The notes: generated from the letters alone by a model not told the origin. A stretch of DNA of 64,000 nt from Blastocatellia bacterium (GCA_963737945.1 CAVTUR010000030.1:22193-86192), one strand, 5' to 3'; counted from the stretch's first letter, positions 1 through 10,168 are shown. Numbers and translations are program-made.

Positions 1-2
1 GC

Positions 3-455
3 AAACCCGATGATTTCTCTATCGCAACCGATGAAGCTACCGAGCAGTTGCTGGGATCCATCGTCAATGTTGTCGCTGCGGTGGCGTTTCCGGTAGTCGG
101 CATTTCGCTGGTCATAGGCGGGATAGTCATAATGAACATCATGCTCGCAAGTGTGACGGAACGTACACGTGAGATTGGTATACGCAAGTCACTTGGCGCG
201 ACGCGGCGTGACATACTCATGCAGTTTCTGGTCGAGTCCGCGATGATGTCGGGGATCGGCGGGCTAATCGGATTGCTGCTTGCGATCACATGCATGGCGA
301 TCCTGGGGCATTTTGTGCCGGTCCCGGTAGCGATCCCTCTGTGGGCACCGGTCATCGCGATTTCCGTATCGACGTTGGTCGGGGTGTTCTTCGGGCTCTA
401 TCCGGCAAACCGCGCAGCGCGACTCGATCCGATTACCGCCCTGAGAGCAGACTAG
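3..455 (+). CDS. MacB/FtsX-family ABC transporter permease, C-terminal part (5' end lies outside the window)
   Basis: Frame is open from position 3 (KPDDFSIATDEATEQLLG...). It contains GGIVIMNIMLASVTERTREIGIRKSLGA and ends ARLDPITALRAD, the MacB C-terminal signatures. Confidence 0.92.
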   Translation, partial: KPDDFSIATDEATEQLLGSIVNVVAAVAFPVVGISLVIGGIVIMNIMLASVTERTREIGIRKSLGATRRDILMQFLVESAMMSGIGGLIGLLLAITCMAILGHFVPVPVAIPLWAPVIAISVSTLVGVFFGLYPANRAARLDPITALRAD

Positions 456-488
456 GAAAATAGGTCATATAGGTCCTATATCTCAGTT

Positions 489-1751
489 ATGCACATTCAA
501 GAGATTGGCGAAAACGTTTTGATGGCGTTCGACACGCTCCGCACACACAAGGTGCGTTCGGCGCTTACGATGCTCGGGGTGATCGGCGGAACAATGACGG
601 TGATCGCTATCTCATCCTTCCTGACCGGGCTCAGTGAGTTTGTCCTGGAACAAACCAAACGCTTCGGTCCGGACATCGTCTTCGTAACCAAGTGGGACAA
701 CATCGGGATCCGTTTTAGCCGTCCGTCGCAATCCGAACGTTCGCGCAAGGACCTGACGATCGACGACGCGCGCGCGATCGCTGAGCTGCCGTCGGCACAA
801 AGCGTGAGCCCCACGCTGGTCGTCGGATCGTTCGGGCCGGGCGGGGTTCAGCCTGTCGTCAAACGCAAGGGCGTCGAAGCGAATCGGCCGCTGATCTTCG
901 GGGTATGGTCCAACTATGACGTAGTTCGAAACGTCTACATCAGGAGCGGGCGATTCCTAACTCAATCCGAGCAAGATCACAGGTCTCAGGTGGCGGTCGT
1001 TGGATCCGCGATCGCCGAAACTCTGTTTGGCGCGCTCGATCCGCTGGACCGCGAGATCGAGGTAGATGGCAAGATTTATCGTGTAATCGGGGTGATGGAG
1101 AAAGCGCCCGGCGGGCTCTTTGGCGGCGACCCTGTCGAAGACCGGCAACTAATCCTCCCGTTCGAGACGATCAAACGAGAGCACCCGGAGATCGATGACA
1201 TTACCATCAACGTCAAAGCAAAGCCGGATCAGTTTGGCAAGCTGGTTGATGAAATAACCGAGTTGATGCGACGCCGCCGAGGCGTGGCCAACGATAAGCC
1301 AAACGATTTTGGAATCAGCACCCCGGGCAGCATATTCGAAGTGATCTCGCAGTTCGCCGCGGTCGCGAGTTTCATCGTCTTTCCACTATCGGCGGCAGGC
1401 TTACTGGTCGGCGGGATCGGAGTGATGAACATCATGCTGGTCTCGGTTACCGAAAGGACGAAGGAAATCGGCGTGCGCCGGGCAATTGGGGCAAGGAAGG
1501 CCGACATCGTCTGGCAGTTCTTGACCGAGGCAATAACCTTAACGGCGGTAGGCGGACTGATTGGCATCTTTGCCGGCTGGGTGATAAGCCTGGCGCTCAG
1601 ACAACTTGCGCCGACTCTTCCATCCGTGATCCCCTTATGGGCCGTTCTGCTCGGGTTCTTCGTCTCATGCGCAGTGGGTTTGATCTTCGGAATGTGGCCC
1701 GCAGTGAAAGCAGCCCGCCTGAATCCAATAGATGCTCTCAGGTACGAATAG
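489..1751 (+). CDS. MacB-family ABC transporter permease (single lobe, 420 aa)
   Basis: N-terminal RSALTMLGVIGG TM helix, a periplasmic MacB domain, GGIGVMNIMLVSVTERTKEIGVRRAIGA and a C-terminal LNPIDALRYE. Confidence 0.95.
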   Translation: MHIQEIGENVLMAFDTLRTHKVRSALTMLGVIGGTMTVIAISSFLTGLSEFVLEQTKRFGPDIVFVTKWDNIGIRFSRPSQSERSRKDLTIDDARAIAELPSAQSVSPTLVVGSFGPGGVQPVVKRKGVEANRPLIFGVWSNYDVVRNVYIRSGRFLTQSEQDHRSQVAVVGSAIAETLFGALDPLDREIEVDGKIYRVIGVMEKAPGGLFGGDPVEDRQLILPFETIKREHPEIDDITINVKAKPDQFGKLVDEITELMRRRRGVANDKPNDFGISTPGSIFEVISQFAAVASFIVFPLSAAGLLVGGIGVMNIMLVSVTERTKEIGVRRAIGARKADIVWQFLTEAITLTAVGGLIGIFAGWVISLALRQLAPTLPSVIPLWAVLLGFFVSCAVGLIFGMWPAVKAARLNPIDALRYE

Positions 1752-1811
1752 CCCCTGCGGCAATCCTGCTCAGTTCACCAGTAGTTTGTGGGGCGTATTG
1801 TCGCAACGGTT

Positions 1812-2048
1812 TTAGTTCATGACCGAGTGGTGGCCAAGTTGCTTGGCGCATTTCACGTGCTCCGATGACCAGCGAGCCTCACCCGAGCCATCCAGGAGCA
1901 TCAACAGGCTGCACTCAAGGTCAGTGTAGGACGAAAGATAGAGCACCGGCCTTATCCCGCTTGCCGCTCGCTGAAACAGCATCTCTTCCATAAGATCTAC
2001 CGTATCCGTACCGAATTGGATCGGCTGCGCGGGTTTTCGCTGGTTCAT
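1812..2048 (-). CDS. small hypothetical protein (~78 aa), divergent from PadR
   Basis: ATG at 2048 (MNQRKPAQ...) preceded by GAGGAAG. It fills the intergenic gap, but no family was recognised. Confidence 0.4.
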   Translation of the reverse strand: MNQRKPAQPIQFGTDTVDLMEEMLFQRAASGIRPVLYLSSYTDLECSLLMLLDGSGEARWSSEHVKCAKQLGHHSVMN

Positions 2049-2104
2049 CTTCCTCACATTATTGATCACAAGCAATCATCGTGCCGCCTAACCCCGCGCT
2101 TCTT

Positions 2105-2159
2105 CCTATTGACATTCTATAGGTCGCAAGCGTACTCTCCCGTAGATAGTCTATAGGAG
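2105..2159 (+). promoter_or_regulatory. sigma70-type promoter of PadR-1 with two imperfect palindromic operators
   Basis: TTGACA at 2109-2114 and TACTCT at 2133-2138. Palindromes CCTATTGA-CAT-TCTATAGG (2105-2123) and CTCCCGTAGA-TAG-TCTATAGGAG (2137-2159); the second overlaps the RBS. Confidence 0.75.
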
Positions 2160-2166
2160 GTGCGGA

Positions 2167-2502
2167 ATGTCAGGAGGTACGGACGATCTTCTTCAGGGTA
2201 CTCTCGATCTATTGATCCTCAAGACGCTTGGGCTTGGTTCAAACCATGGGCTAGGGATCGCGACACGCATCAGTCAGATCACCCGGGGCACCTTTCACCC
2301 CAAACCCGGTTCGCTCTTCCCCGCGCTGCATCGGCTGGAGGAGAAGAACTGGCTCGCTTCAGAGTGGGGCGAGTCGGAGAACCGCCGCAAAGCTAAATAC
2401 TACAAACTGACCAAGGTCGGAATGCGTCAGTTGGAAAAAGAAACCGCGAACTGGGAGCGCATAGCCGGCGCGATCTTTCTCGCTCTCGAAGCGACCTCAT
2501 AG
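2167..2502 (+). CDS. PadR-family transcriptional regulator (acidobacterial subfamily)
   Basis: LLQGTLDLLILKTL...HG.GIA.RI...GSLFPALHRLEEKNWLASEWGESENRRKAKYYKLT...G..QL...W. RBS AGGAGG. Lies directly upstream of an ADOP gene. Confidence 0.95.
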   Translation: MSGGTDDLLQGTLDLLILKTLGLGSNHGLGIATRISQITRGTFHPKPGSLFPALHRLEEKNWLASEWGESENRRKAKYYKLTKVGMRQLEKETANWERIAGAIFLALEATS

Positions 2503-2631
2503 CACCCGCGTGCCCGCAGCCTTCGGACACGCCAGACGACGTCCGTGAAACGTCGGTCCGTTGGTTGGTCACCGGTTTTGACTCGTGGCGGAAACAGAAT
2601 TCTTGTCGAATCTCACCCTGGGGAGCTGAAC

Positions 2632-5277
2632 ATGCCTGTGATCTTTCGCCTTCGCAAACTGGCGTCAAACTTGTTTCGCCGAAGCCGCCTCGAACGTGAC
2701 CTCGACGACGAGATGCGCGCACACCTTGCCATGCTGGTGGATGAAAAGATAGCCGCCGGCATGGCTCCTCCAAAAGCCCGGCGAGAGGCGCTCATGGAGT
2801 TCGGAGGGGTCGACCAGGTGAAAGAGCATGTAAGAGACGCGCGGATGGGATCGATGATCGAACAGACCTTGCAGGACACAAGGTATGCGCTGCGGATGCT
2901 GCGAAAGAACCCCTCGTTCACCGCGATCGTTGTGATTACGCTCGCGCTTGGAATCGGGGTGAACACCGCAATCTTCAGTCTCGTTGACGGAATTCTGTTT
3001 CGCCCGCTGCCATATGCGCAACCCGATCGCCTGATCAGGCTGGTCCAATCGCAACGTCAGCTTGGATTGGAGAACTGGAATCTCTCGCAGGCAAGTTTCG
3101 CCGCATTGCGCGATAACAGCCGTTCACTCGAAGCGGTGGCCGCTTATTCAACCGGGGGTGCGAATCTAACTGGAGACAACAGTCCCGAACGGGTCGCCAT
3201 CGTCAACGTGAGCGCAGATTTCTTTGGGGTGCTCGGGCTTCCTCCGATTCTCGGTCGAACCTTCCGCGCCGGCGAGGACATGCCCGGCAACAATAGCGTG
3301 TGTGTTATCAGCTACGGGTTTTGGCAGCGACGGTTTGGCGGCGATTCCAAGATCATTGGCCGAACCCTGAGTCTGAACAGCAAACCGACAGAGGTGGTTG
3401 GGGTAATGCCCGCGGGATTCACCTTTCCTCGCGTTGAAACAGAGATATGGATTCCGCTTGCCTTGAATCCAACCAGGCCCGCGCCGTACTTCCTGAGAGG
3501 GATCGGGCGGCTCGGGACAGGTGTCTCGACGGCAGAGGCCCAGGCGGAAACCACCTCCACGCTTTGGGACTACGCCCGCCAGCACCCGGACATAAGCGAG
3601 AGCAGAGTGCCGCTCGACCAGGGATCCGCGTTGAGAACAATAGTCACGCCGCTGAAGAAGGCAATGGTCGGAGCGACCGAAACACCTCTATTCCTCTTGC
3701 TATGCGCGGTAGGACTGGTGTTGTTGATCGCTTGCGCGAACGTCGCGAACTTGCTGATGGCGCGCGCCACGTCGCGGGTCAGAGAAATCGCGGTGCGCTT
3801 CGCGTTGGGTGCAACCCCGTCTCGGGTTGCCCGGCAACTCCTGACCGAGAGTCTGGTGTTGGCATTCATCGGTGCCGCGGGCGGAGTGATCCTGGCGTGG
3901 CTTGGTGTGCGATTGATCGACACGATGCCCACTGGCGGCATACCCAGGATCGAAGCGGTAACCGTAGACGGACGCGTTCTTGCGTTTACCGCAGTCCTCG
4001 CGGTGCTGACCGGACTGCTGTTTGGTTTGATGCCTGCTCTGCGGGCCTATCGGATGGGGATGGTTGCGGCGATGCACGAAGGAGGGCGCGCCGCCACTTC
4101 CAGAAGCCGGTCAAACAGCGCCCTTGTTGCGGCCCAGTTCACGCTCTCGTTCGTGTTGCTGATCGGCGCGGGGTTGCTTCTGAAGAGTTTCCAGCGCATA
4201 CAATCCGTCGAACTCGGATTCAACCCGAAGGATCTGTTGACGATGTCCGTTGCTCTTTCTGCTGGCAAGTATCCAAAACCCGAACTCTCCCTTCCGTTCT
4301 ACAACGATCTGCTAGATCGACTTCACAATCTTCCGGGGGTGCGCGCGGCGGGTATTACCTCGAATATCCCAATGGCCGGCGATGACAACACGGACAATTT
4401 TATCGTTGAAGGACACGAACCCGCGCCCGGCGATGAAGGGGTACAGACTCAGTTGGTGTCGATGACCCCGGGGAATCTTCGGGCAATGGAGATACCTTTG
4501 TTGCGCGGAAGGGATTTTCTGGAATCAGACACAAGCGACTCGGAACCGATCGCGATAGTGGATGAAACCCTTGCGCGGATGTATTGGCCGGACGGAAACG
4601 CTCTTGGAAAGCGAGTTGAGACCACTGGTGATATGCAATGGATGACCATAGTGGGTGTGGTTGGTGGAATCAAACAAGAGAGTCTGTCGGAGAAGCTGCA
4701 GCCTCATATCTACGTTCCGCTGGCCCAGTCGCCGCCGCTGTGGGCTAAGCTTCTTGTTAGAACCGGAGGGCCGGCGGATCAGGTTGTTGGTACGGTGAGG
4801 GCCACGGTATCCGGCTTGGATCCCGACATCCCGGTGTACTCGATCAGGTCGATGAACGATGTCATCGGTCGGACACTCAACAGCGAGCGCCTGATGAATC
4901 TATTACTGACTTCTTTCTCGACATTGGCATTGCTGCTCGCCGCAGTCGGCATCTACGGGACCATGACACTTTTTGTGGGCAGCCGCAAAAATGAATTTGG
5001 GATACGTCTGGCGCTTGGGGCGCGACCCGGCGCGCTTCTCTTTTCGGTCCTTCGCCAGGGAATGCTCCTGACTGCCGCGGGAGTTGCGATCGGAACCGTC
5101 GGCTCGCTGCTTCTAACGAGGTCTCTTGCCAGTCTGCTGTTTGATGTTAGCCCAACCGATCCCATGATCTTCGTCGGAGTCACGTTGTTGCTGGTGTTTG
5201 TCGCGTTGGCCGCCTGCTATGCTCCGGCGCGCCGAGCATCGCGTGTCGATCCAATGGTGGCGCTGCGCTGCGAATAA
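2632..5277 (+). CDS. ADOP-type duplicated MacB permease with N-terminal prefix extension (~881 aa)
   Basis: Likely start is ATG 2632 after GGGGAG. Prefix [12 protein letters not shown]..., then [39 protein letters not shown], a second lobe, and DPMVALRCE. Confidence 0.95.
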   Translation: MPVIFRLRKLASNLFRRSRLERDLDDEMRAHLAMLVDEKIAAGMAPPKARREALMEFGGVDQVKEHVRDARMGSMIEQTLQDTRYALRMLRKNPSFTAIVVITLALGIGVNTAIFSLVDGILFRPLPYAQPDRLIRLVQSQRQLGLENWNLSQASFAALRDNSRSLEAVAAYSTGGANLTGDNSPERVAIVNVSADFFGVLGLPPILGRTFRAGEDMPGNNSVCVISYGFWQRRFGGDSKIIGRTLSLNSKPTEVVGVMPAGFTFPRVETEIWIPLALNPTRPAPYFLRGIGRLGTGVSTAEAQAETTSTLWDYARQHPDISESRVPLDQGSALRTIVTPLKKAMVGATETPLFLLLCAVGLVLLIACANVANLLMARATSRVREIAVRFALGATPSRVARQLLTESLVLAFIGAAGGVILAWLGVRLIDTMPTGGIPRIEAVTVDGRVLAFTAVLAVLTGLLFGLMPALRAYRMGMVAAMHEGGRAATSRSRSNSALVAAQFTLSFVLLIGAGLLLKSFQRIQSVELGFNPKDLLTMSVALSAGKYPKPELSLPFYNDLLDRLHNLPGVRAAGITSNIPMAGDDNTDNFIVEGHEPAPGDEGVQTQLVSMTPGNLRAMEIPLLRGRDFLESDTSDSEPIAIVDETLARMYWPDGNALGKRVETTGDMQWMTIVGVVGGIKQESLSEKLQPHIYVPLAQSPPLWAKLLVRTGGPADQVVGTVRATVSGLDPDIPVYSIRSMNDVIGRTLNSERLMNLLLTSFSTLALLLAAVGIYGTMTLFVGSRKNEFGIRLALGARPGALLFSVLRQGMLLTAAGVAIGTVGSLLLTRSLASLLFDVSPTDPMIFVGVTLLLVFVALAACYAPARRASRVDPMVALRCE

Positions 5278-5429
5278 AGCATTCCCAATAGACCTTTAAC
5301 AAACACTGTAGAAGCTGCCAGAGGCTTCAGCCGGGTCTGCCCGCCCCTCCAAAGACCGAGCTTCGTCGCCAACTCCGCCCCAATGAAGCCGGGAACGGTT
5401 TGCGGGCTCTTGACGACAATTCGCACTTT

Positions 5430-5483
5430 GCTGTTGATATTCTACAGGAAGCGGAGTATGCTCCTGTTGAAAAACCACAGGAG
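5430..5483 (+). promoter_or_regulatory. sigma70-type promoter of PadR-2 with two imperfect palindromic operators
   Basis: TTGATA (5434-5439), 17 bp, TATGCT (5457-5462). Palindromes GCTGTTGA-TAT-TCTACAGG (5430-5448) and CTCCTGTTGA-AAA-ACCACAGGAG (5461-5483); the second overlaps the RBS. Confidence 0.75.
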
Positions 5484-5490
5484 GAGCACG

Positions 5491-5826
5491 GTGAAGGAAG
5501 CCACCTCAGAAATCATGCAGGGCACCCTGGACTTGATGGTGCTCAAGACGCTCGAAGCCCTCGGACCGCTGCACGGCTATGGGATCGCTCGCCGCATCGA
5601 ACAAGTCAGCGAAGGCGTCTTGTCGTTGAACCAGGGAACCATCTATCCCGCGCTTCTGAGACTACAACAAAAAGGCTGGATCACGGCCGAGTGGGGTTCA
5701 TCGGAGAACAACCGTCGCGCAAAGTATTACTCACTGACCAGAACGGGCCGCAAGCAACTAGCAACCGAGACCGAAGACTGGGAGCGGATATCGGCAATCA
5801 TCGGACGCATGCTTCGCAGCGCGTAG
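5491..5826 (+). CDS. PadR-family transcriptional regulator (acidobacterial subfamily)
   Basis: GTG start at 5491 after AGGAGG. QGTLDLMVLKTLEALGPLHGYGIARRIEQ...QGTIYPALLRLQQKGWITAEWGSSENNRRAKYYSLT. Confidence 0.95.
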   Translation: MKEATSEIMQGTLDLMVLKTLEALGPLHGYGIARRIEQVSEGVLSLNQGTIYPALLRLQQKGWITAEWGSSENNRRAKYYSLTRTGRKQLATETEDWERISAIIGRMLRSA

Positions 5827-5901
5827 AGGCCGCCACAAACTCAAACACTGTCGTTCACCCGATGCGGCCATTGCGATATACGACAATTAATGAGGCTATC
5901 A

Positions 5902-8697
5902 ATGTCCACGCTTCGAGAAATCGCATCCCGGATTCGCGGATTGTTTGCCAGGGATTTCGACGACGATCTCGACGAAGAGCTTCGCTGCCATCTGGAGATG
6001 CTCATTGAAGAGAACATCGGCCGAGGAATGAACCCGGCAGAAGCCCGCAGGGCCGCAAGACGCAGCTTTGGCGGCGTGACACAAACAAAAGAAGCCTTCC
6101 GGGATCAGAGAGGATTGCCCATCGTGGAAACAACCATACAGGACCTTCGCTACGGTTTTCGAATGCTTCGAAAGAATCCAGGGTTCACCGCGGTTGCAGT
6201 GGTCACGCTCGCTCTTGGCATCGGCGCGAACTCTGCGATCTTCAGCGTTCTCGATGCGGTAATGCTCCAGACGCTACCGGTTCGGAATCCTCGACAACTC
6301 CTTCTGGTGAGGTGGACGGCAAAGGATTGGCCCCCGATAGTACAAGACCTCGAGGGCAGCAACCGCAAGGATCCGGAGAGCGGCGGGTGGCTGAGCGAGT
6401 CCGTCCCCTATCCGATGTTCGAAGGGCTCAGATCGCAGAGCACCACCTTGTCTGACGTATTTGCTTTTTCGGCGAACATAAACGGCTTTAACGTGCAGTT
6501 CGAAGGCACGCCACACTCAGCCGCAAGCGAGCCGGTGTCCGGGAACTACTTCAGCGGGCTTGGCGTCCAAACTGTTCTCGGCCGTCCGATTCTCCCAAGC
6601 GACGATGTGGCGACGGCCCCGCCTGTTGCCGTTGTCTCCTACAACTTCTGGAAGAGCAAACTTGGCGGCGACGATTCCGTAGTCGGCAAGCCCATTGCGA
6701 TCAACAGTCTTCCATTTACGATCGTGGGGGTTGCGCCGCCGCGATTCTTCGGCACTCAGCCCGGTGAGGACAATGACCTCTGGGTGACATTAAGAATGTT
6801 CCCGCGGCTGGTGCGGGCGCTGGATTTCGGCGGGCCCCCAAAGCCTGGCAGCGATGCGGAAGCGGCCGCCGCGGCCCACTGGGAGAATGCGAGCACATGG
6901 TGGTTGGTCGTGATGGGCCGTCTGAAACCAGGCGTGAGCGAGGTGCAGGCCCGCGCAGAGATCGATGTCATATTCAACCAAAGCGTAGACGCGATGATCA
7001 CCTCAGATGAGCAGAAAGAGAATCGTCCGGCGTTGAACCTCGCGGCTGGCAACAAAGGACTGGACCAGCTTCGAAGACGGTTTTCAGAGCCGCTGTTCGT
7101 ATTGATGGGCGCGGTCGGGCTGGTACTCCTGATCGCCTGTGCGAACGTGGCAGGCCTGCTGCTCGCGCGAGCAACTGCTCGTCAGAAAGAAATCGCCGTG
7201 CGCTTGAGTCTGGGTGCGCGCCGCCTGCGATTGATCCAGCAATTGCTAACCGAATCACTCCTCCTCGCTGCGATTGGTGGGACGCTCGGGTTGTTACTCT
7301 CACTCTGGATGGGCAAGTTGCTCGTCGCGTTGGTGGCAAGCGGAAGACAGAGCATTACACTTCCACTCGAGGTGAACGGACGCATGCTGATCTTCACTGC
7401 TGGTGTTGCGGTACTCACCGGCGTACTCTTCGGTCTTGCGCCCGCATTCAGCGCGACCCGGATGAGTCTCACTGGAGTGTTGAAAGAAGGCGGCGCCGGG
7501 AATCGGCTGGGGGCTCGGCGATCAAGACTCTCCAAGGCGCTGGTCGCGGCGCAGGTCGCGCTGTCGCTGGTGTTGCTCGTTGGCGCTGGACTCTTTTTGC
7601 GCACGCTGCAAAAACTCGAAAGCGTTCCACTCGGATTCGAGCGCGAGGGATTGCTTCTCTTTTCGGTAGCGCCCGGGCTAAACGGGTACAAAGGCGCGGT
7701 TCTGGCCGAGTACTACCGGCAGGTGCAGGAGCGGATCACGGCAATACCCGGAGTGAGCGCAGTTACCTTTTCGGCACACGGACCGATCGGCGATGGATCA
7801 AGTTCTTCAAGCATTAGAATTCCCGGCGTGACCACCGGCAAGGAGCGGTTTGATCTCAATCGGCATCTGGTAGGGCCGGCTTACTTCGCCACGCTCGGCA
7901 TACCGACGCTCACCGGCCGCGTTCTTGATGAGCGCGATAACGCCGCTGGGCCCCAGGTCGCTGTTGTGAACCAGACACTGGCCCGTAACGCTTTTGGCGA
8001 TGACAATCCCCTGGGCAAGATTCTGAGCTTCGGTAACGCGGCAAAGCCCCGGGATTTCCAGATCATCGGAGTCGTCGGCGACGCCAAGTACCACGACCTG
8101 CGTGAACCGGCGCCGCCGACTGCATACTTTTCACACCTGCAGGCAATCGATTCGGCAAGCTTCATGACGTTTCAGGTTCGTACCAGAACCGAACCGGAGT
8201 CCGTGGTCGCGGCGGTGCGCAACGAAGTCGCCGAAGTGGACGCAAACATTCCGATTACGAAAATCGACACCCTTCTTCAGAGAATCGACAAGGCGTTGTT
8301 GTTCGAGCGGATGTTCTCACGGCTCACCGGTTCATTCGCGCTTCTGGCGCTGGTGCTGGTATGCGTCGGCCTCTACGGAACGATGTCGTACTTCGTGGCG
8401 CGGAGAACGAATGAGATCGGGATCCGGATGGCGCTGGGCGCGCCGGCCGGTGGCGTTTTCCGGATGGTGCTCGGCGAGGGATTGAAGCTCACTTCTGCGG
8501 GCGTCGTGATTGGTCTCGCTGGAGCGGCCCTCGGCACTCGTTTGATATCGAGCGCGCTTTACGAAGTGCCGGCGCTGGACCCGCTGACCTTTGTCGTGGT
8601 AGCTGCGCTGCTAATCGCAGTAGGGCTGATTGCCTGCTATATCCCCGCTCGCCGCGCGATGAAGGTTGACCCGATGGTGGCACTTAGGTACGAGTAG
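5902..8697 (+). CDS. ADOP-type duplicated MacB permease with N-terminal prefix extension (~931 aa)
   Basis: Probable ATG at 5902 (alternative 5890). Prefix DDDLDEELRCHLEMLIEENIGRGM, then [16 protein letters not shown], two lobes, DPMVALRYE. Confidence 0.95.
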   Translation: MSTLREIASRIRGLFARDFDDDLDEELRCHLEMLIEENIGRGMNPAEARRAARRSFGGVTQTKEAFRDQRGLPIVETTIQDLRYGFRMLRKNPGFTAVAVVTLALGIGANSAIFSVLDAVMLQTLPVRNPRQLLLVRWTAKDWPPIVQDLEGSNRKDPESGGWLSESVPYPMFEGLRSQSTTLSDVFAFSANINGFNVQFEGTPHSAASEPVSGNYFSGLGVQTVLGRPILPSDDVATAPPVAVVSYNFWKSKLGGDDSVVGKPIAINSLPFTIVGVAPPRFFGTQPGEDNDLWVTLRMFPRLVRALDFGGPPKPGSDAEAAAAAHWENASTWWLVVMGRLKPGVSEVQARAEIDVIFNQSVDAMITSDEQKENRPALNLAAGNKGLDQLRRRFSEPLFVLMGAVGLVLLIACANVAGLLLARATARQKEIAVRLSLGARRLRLIQQLLTESLLLAAIGGTLGLLLSLWMGKLLVALVASGRQSITLPLEVNGRMLIFTAGVAVLTGVLFGLAPAFSATRMSLTGVLKEGGAGNRLGARRSRLSKALVAAQVALSLVLLVGAGLFLRTLQKLESVPLGFEREGLLLFSVAPGLNGYKGAVLAEYYRQVQERITAIPGVSAVTFSAHGPIGDGSSSSSIRIPGVTTGKERFDLNRHLVGPAYFATLGIPTLTGRVLDERDNAAGPQVAVVNQTLARNAFGDDNPLGKILSFGNAAKPRDFQIIGVVGDAKYHDLREPAPPTAYFSHLQAIDSASFMTFQVRTRTEPESVVAAVRNEVAEVDANIPITKIDTLLQRIDKALLFERMFSRLTGSFALLALVLVCVGLYGTMSYFVARRTNEIGIRMALGAPAGGVFRMVLGEGLKLTSAGVVIGLAGAALGTRLISSALYEVPALDPLTFVVVAALLIAVGLIACYIPARRAMKVDPMVALRYE

Positions 8698-8749
8698 AAA
8701 CCGAGCATCGGTAGATCGCCGGCTGCCGGTTCCGTGCGAACCCATGCTG

Positions 8750-8990
8750 GTTTAGAGAGATTCCGTTCGCGATTACAATAACCGTTTCACGCTCAAGAAC
8801 TCGTTCGCCTCGTTGAGCTTTAGGATTCGAGCTGTTGCCTGCAACCCCTCGTCTGTCGTTCAATCAGAATTCTTCCATCGAAAATGCTCGAACGGTCGGT
8901 TCAACCTGGACGTTCTCTTCGATGTCGATCCAGTCGGGCATAGTTGGGACAGACCGATGTGAAGGTTGGTCCGACATTGGGAAACCCTTT
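8750..8990 (-). pseudogene. possible decayed HNH-endonuclease-like fragment
   Basis: Across three minus-strand frames: EHFRW / DGRILIE / TDEG-QATARILKLNE / ERVLERETVI. This resembles the C-terminal tail of small bacterial HNH proteins (from memory, EHF..DG..I..LT..G..TARIL..N..ER..ER). The HNH core itself is not visible. Confidence 0.35.
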
Positions 8991-9250
8991 CTCGGAATCG
9001 AACAACGAGACTCACCTATCCACGTTTGAACGCTGCGGCTTCCACCTATCTGTCAACGTTTAGCGGACAAGCAACCGCTGGCACGATGATTGGTAGGTGA
9101 GGTCAGTCGTCTGGCCGGCGGCCACTATTGGTCTTTCAACTTTGAACCTCGAGACACATAGCTTTCTGGCGGCTAACACTTATGCGGCATCGAGCGTCTA
9201 CATCAAAGCGAAAAGGTAAATCTGCCATATCAGTGACTGGAGGATAGACG

Positions 9251-10168
9251 ATGAGAAAGACGATGCTCTTCTTTGCGGTTCTCGTTCTTGGTTGTTGTTT
9301 GATCTTCGAACCTGCGGGTGCGCAGGACAGACGGCACCGTAGCACCACCATCTCCACCGACGGGGAAAAGGCGATCACCGATTGCGAGCAGGTTAGGTTG
9401 CGAGTCGGTGACGGCGAGACGTTACGGTCGCAACTCGTGCAGTCGGTTCCCGCGTCTGCGATCTCCACGCTCCAGGTCCGCTCTTCCAGAAACGGAGGTG
9501 TTCACATCCAGGGCTGGAATCGCAATGAGTATTCGATCACCGCGTGCCTGGCAGCCGGGGGCGACAATGCGAACGAGGCAAAAGCGCTCCTCGATCAGCT
9601 CAAGTTATCGGTCATCGATGGCCGGGTAGCAGTCGATGGGCCGAGTTCGCAGGATTGGATCGGCTACCTGATCATCCAGGCACCCAATGGAGCCGTCCTG
9701 GACCTGTCCGGTGTAAACGGGCCTATCGGTGTGAGCGACTTTTCTGGCAACGTCCAGGCTAGTAACCAGAACGGACCGATTAGTTTTCACGACGTCAACG
9801 GCCAGGTGAAGGCTGACGTTCAGAACGGGCCGATTACCGTAACCGGCAGCAGCGGAGATTTTCGCCTGACAGCCCAAAACGGTCCGTTGACTATTGAGCT
9901 GGATGGCAGTCAGTGGTCAGGTGGCGAGCTCGAAGGAAGTACACAGAACGGGCCCCTAACGCTCAAATTGCCAGAGAGCTATCGATCATCGGTGCGAGTC
10001 GATGCGTCGAAGCATTCACCGGTTGAGTGCAGGGCGGTTCAGTGCCAGCAAGCTACACGGACCTGGGATCGCCCAAGCGTGATTCAGTTTGGCGAAGCGT
10101 CGCCTGTGATCCGGCTTTCCACCGTCAATGGACCGGTCACGATTGTGTCGCCCGGCGGGCAACGATGA
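9251..10168 (+). CDS. secreted DUF4097-like (beta-strand repeat, adhesin-type) protein
   Basis: Signal peptide, five NGP-containing repeats (VNGPI, QNGPI, QNGPI, QNGPL, QNGPL) and C-terminal IRLSTVNGPVTI. RBS GGAGG. Confidence 0.8.
   Translation: MRKTMLFFAVLVLGCCLIFEPAGAQDRRHRSTTISTDGEKAITDCEQVRLRVGDGETLRSQLVQSVPASAISTLQVRSSRNGGVHIQGWNRNEYSITACLAAGGDNANEAKALLDQLKLSVIDGRVAVDGPSSQDWIGYLIIQAPNGAVLDLSGVNGPIGVSDFSGNVQASNQNGPISFHDVNGQVKADVQNGPITVTGSSGDFRLTAQNGPLTIELDGSQWSGGELEGSTQNGPLTLKLPESYRSSVRVDASKHSPVECRAVQCQQATRTWDRPSVIQFGEASPVIRLSTVNGPVTIVSPGGQR

Noticed and set aside
5308-5392. GTAG...GGCTTCAGCC...TGAAGCC REP-like sequence after the first ADOP
   Set aside because: Too degenerate and single-copy in this window to call with confidence.
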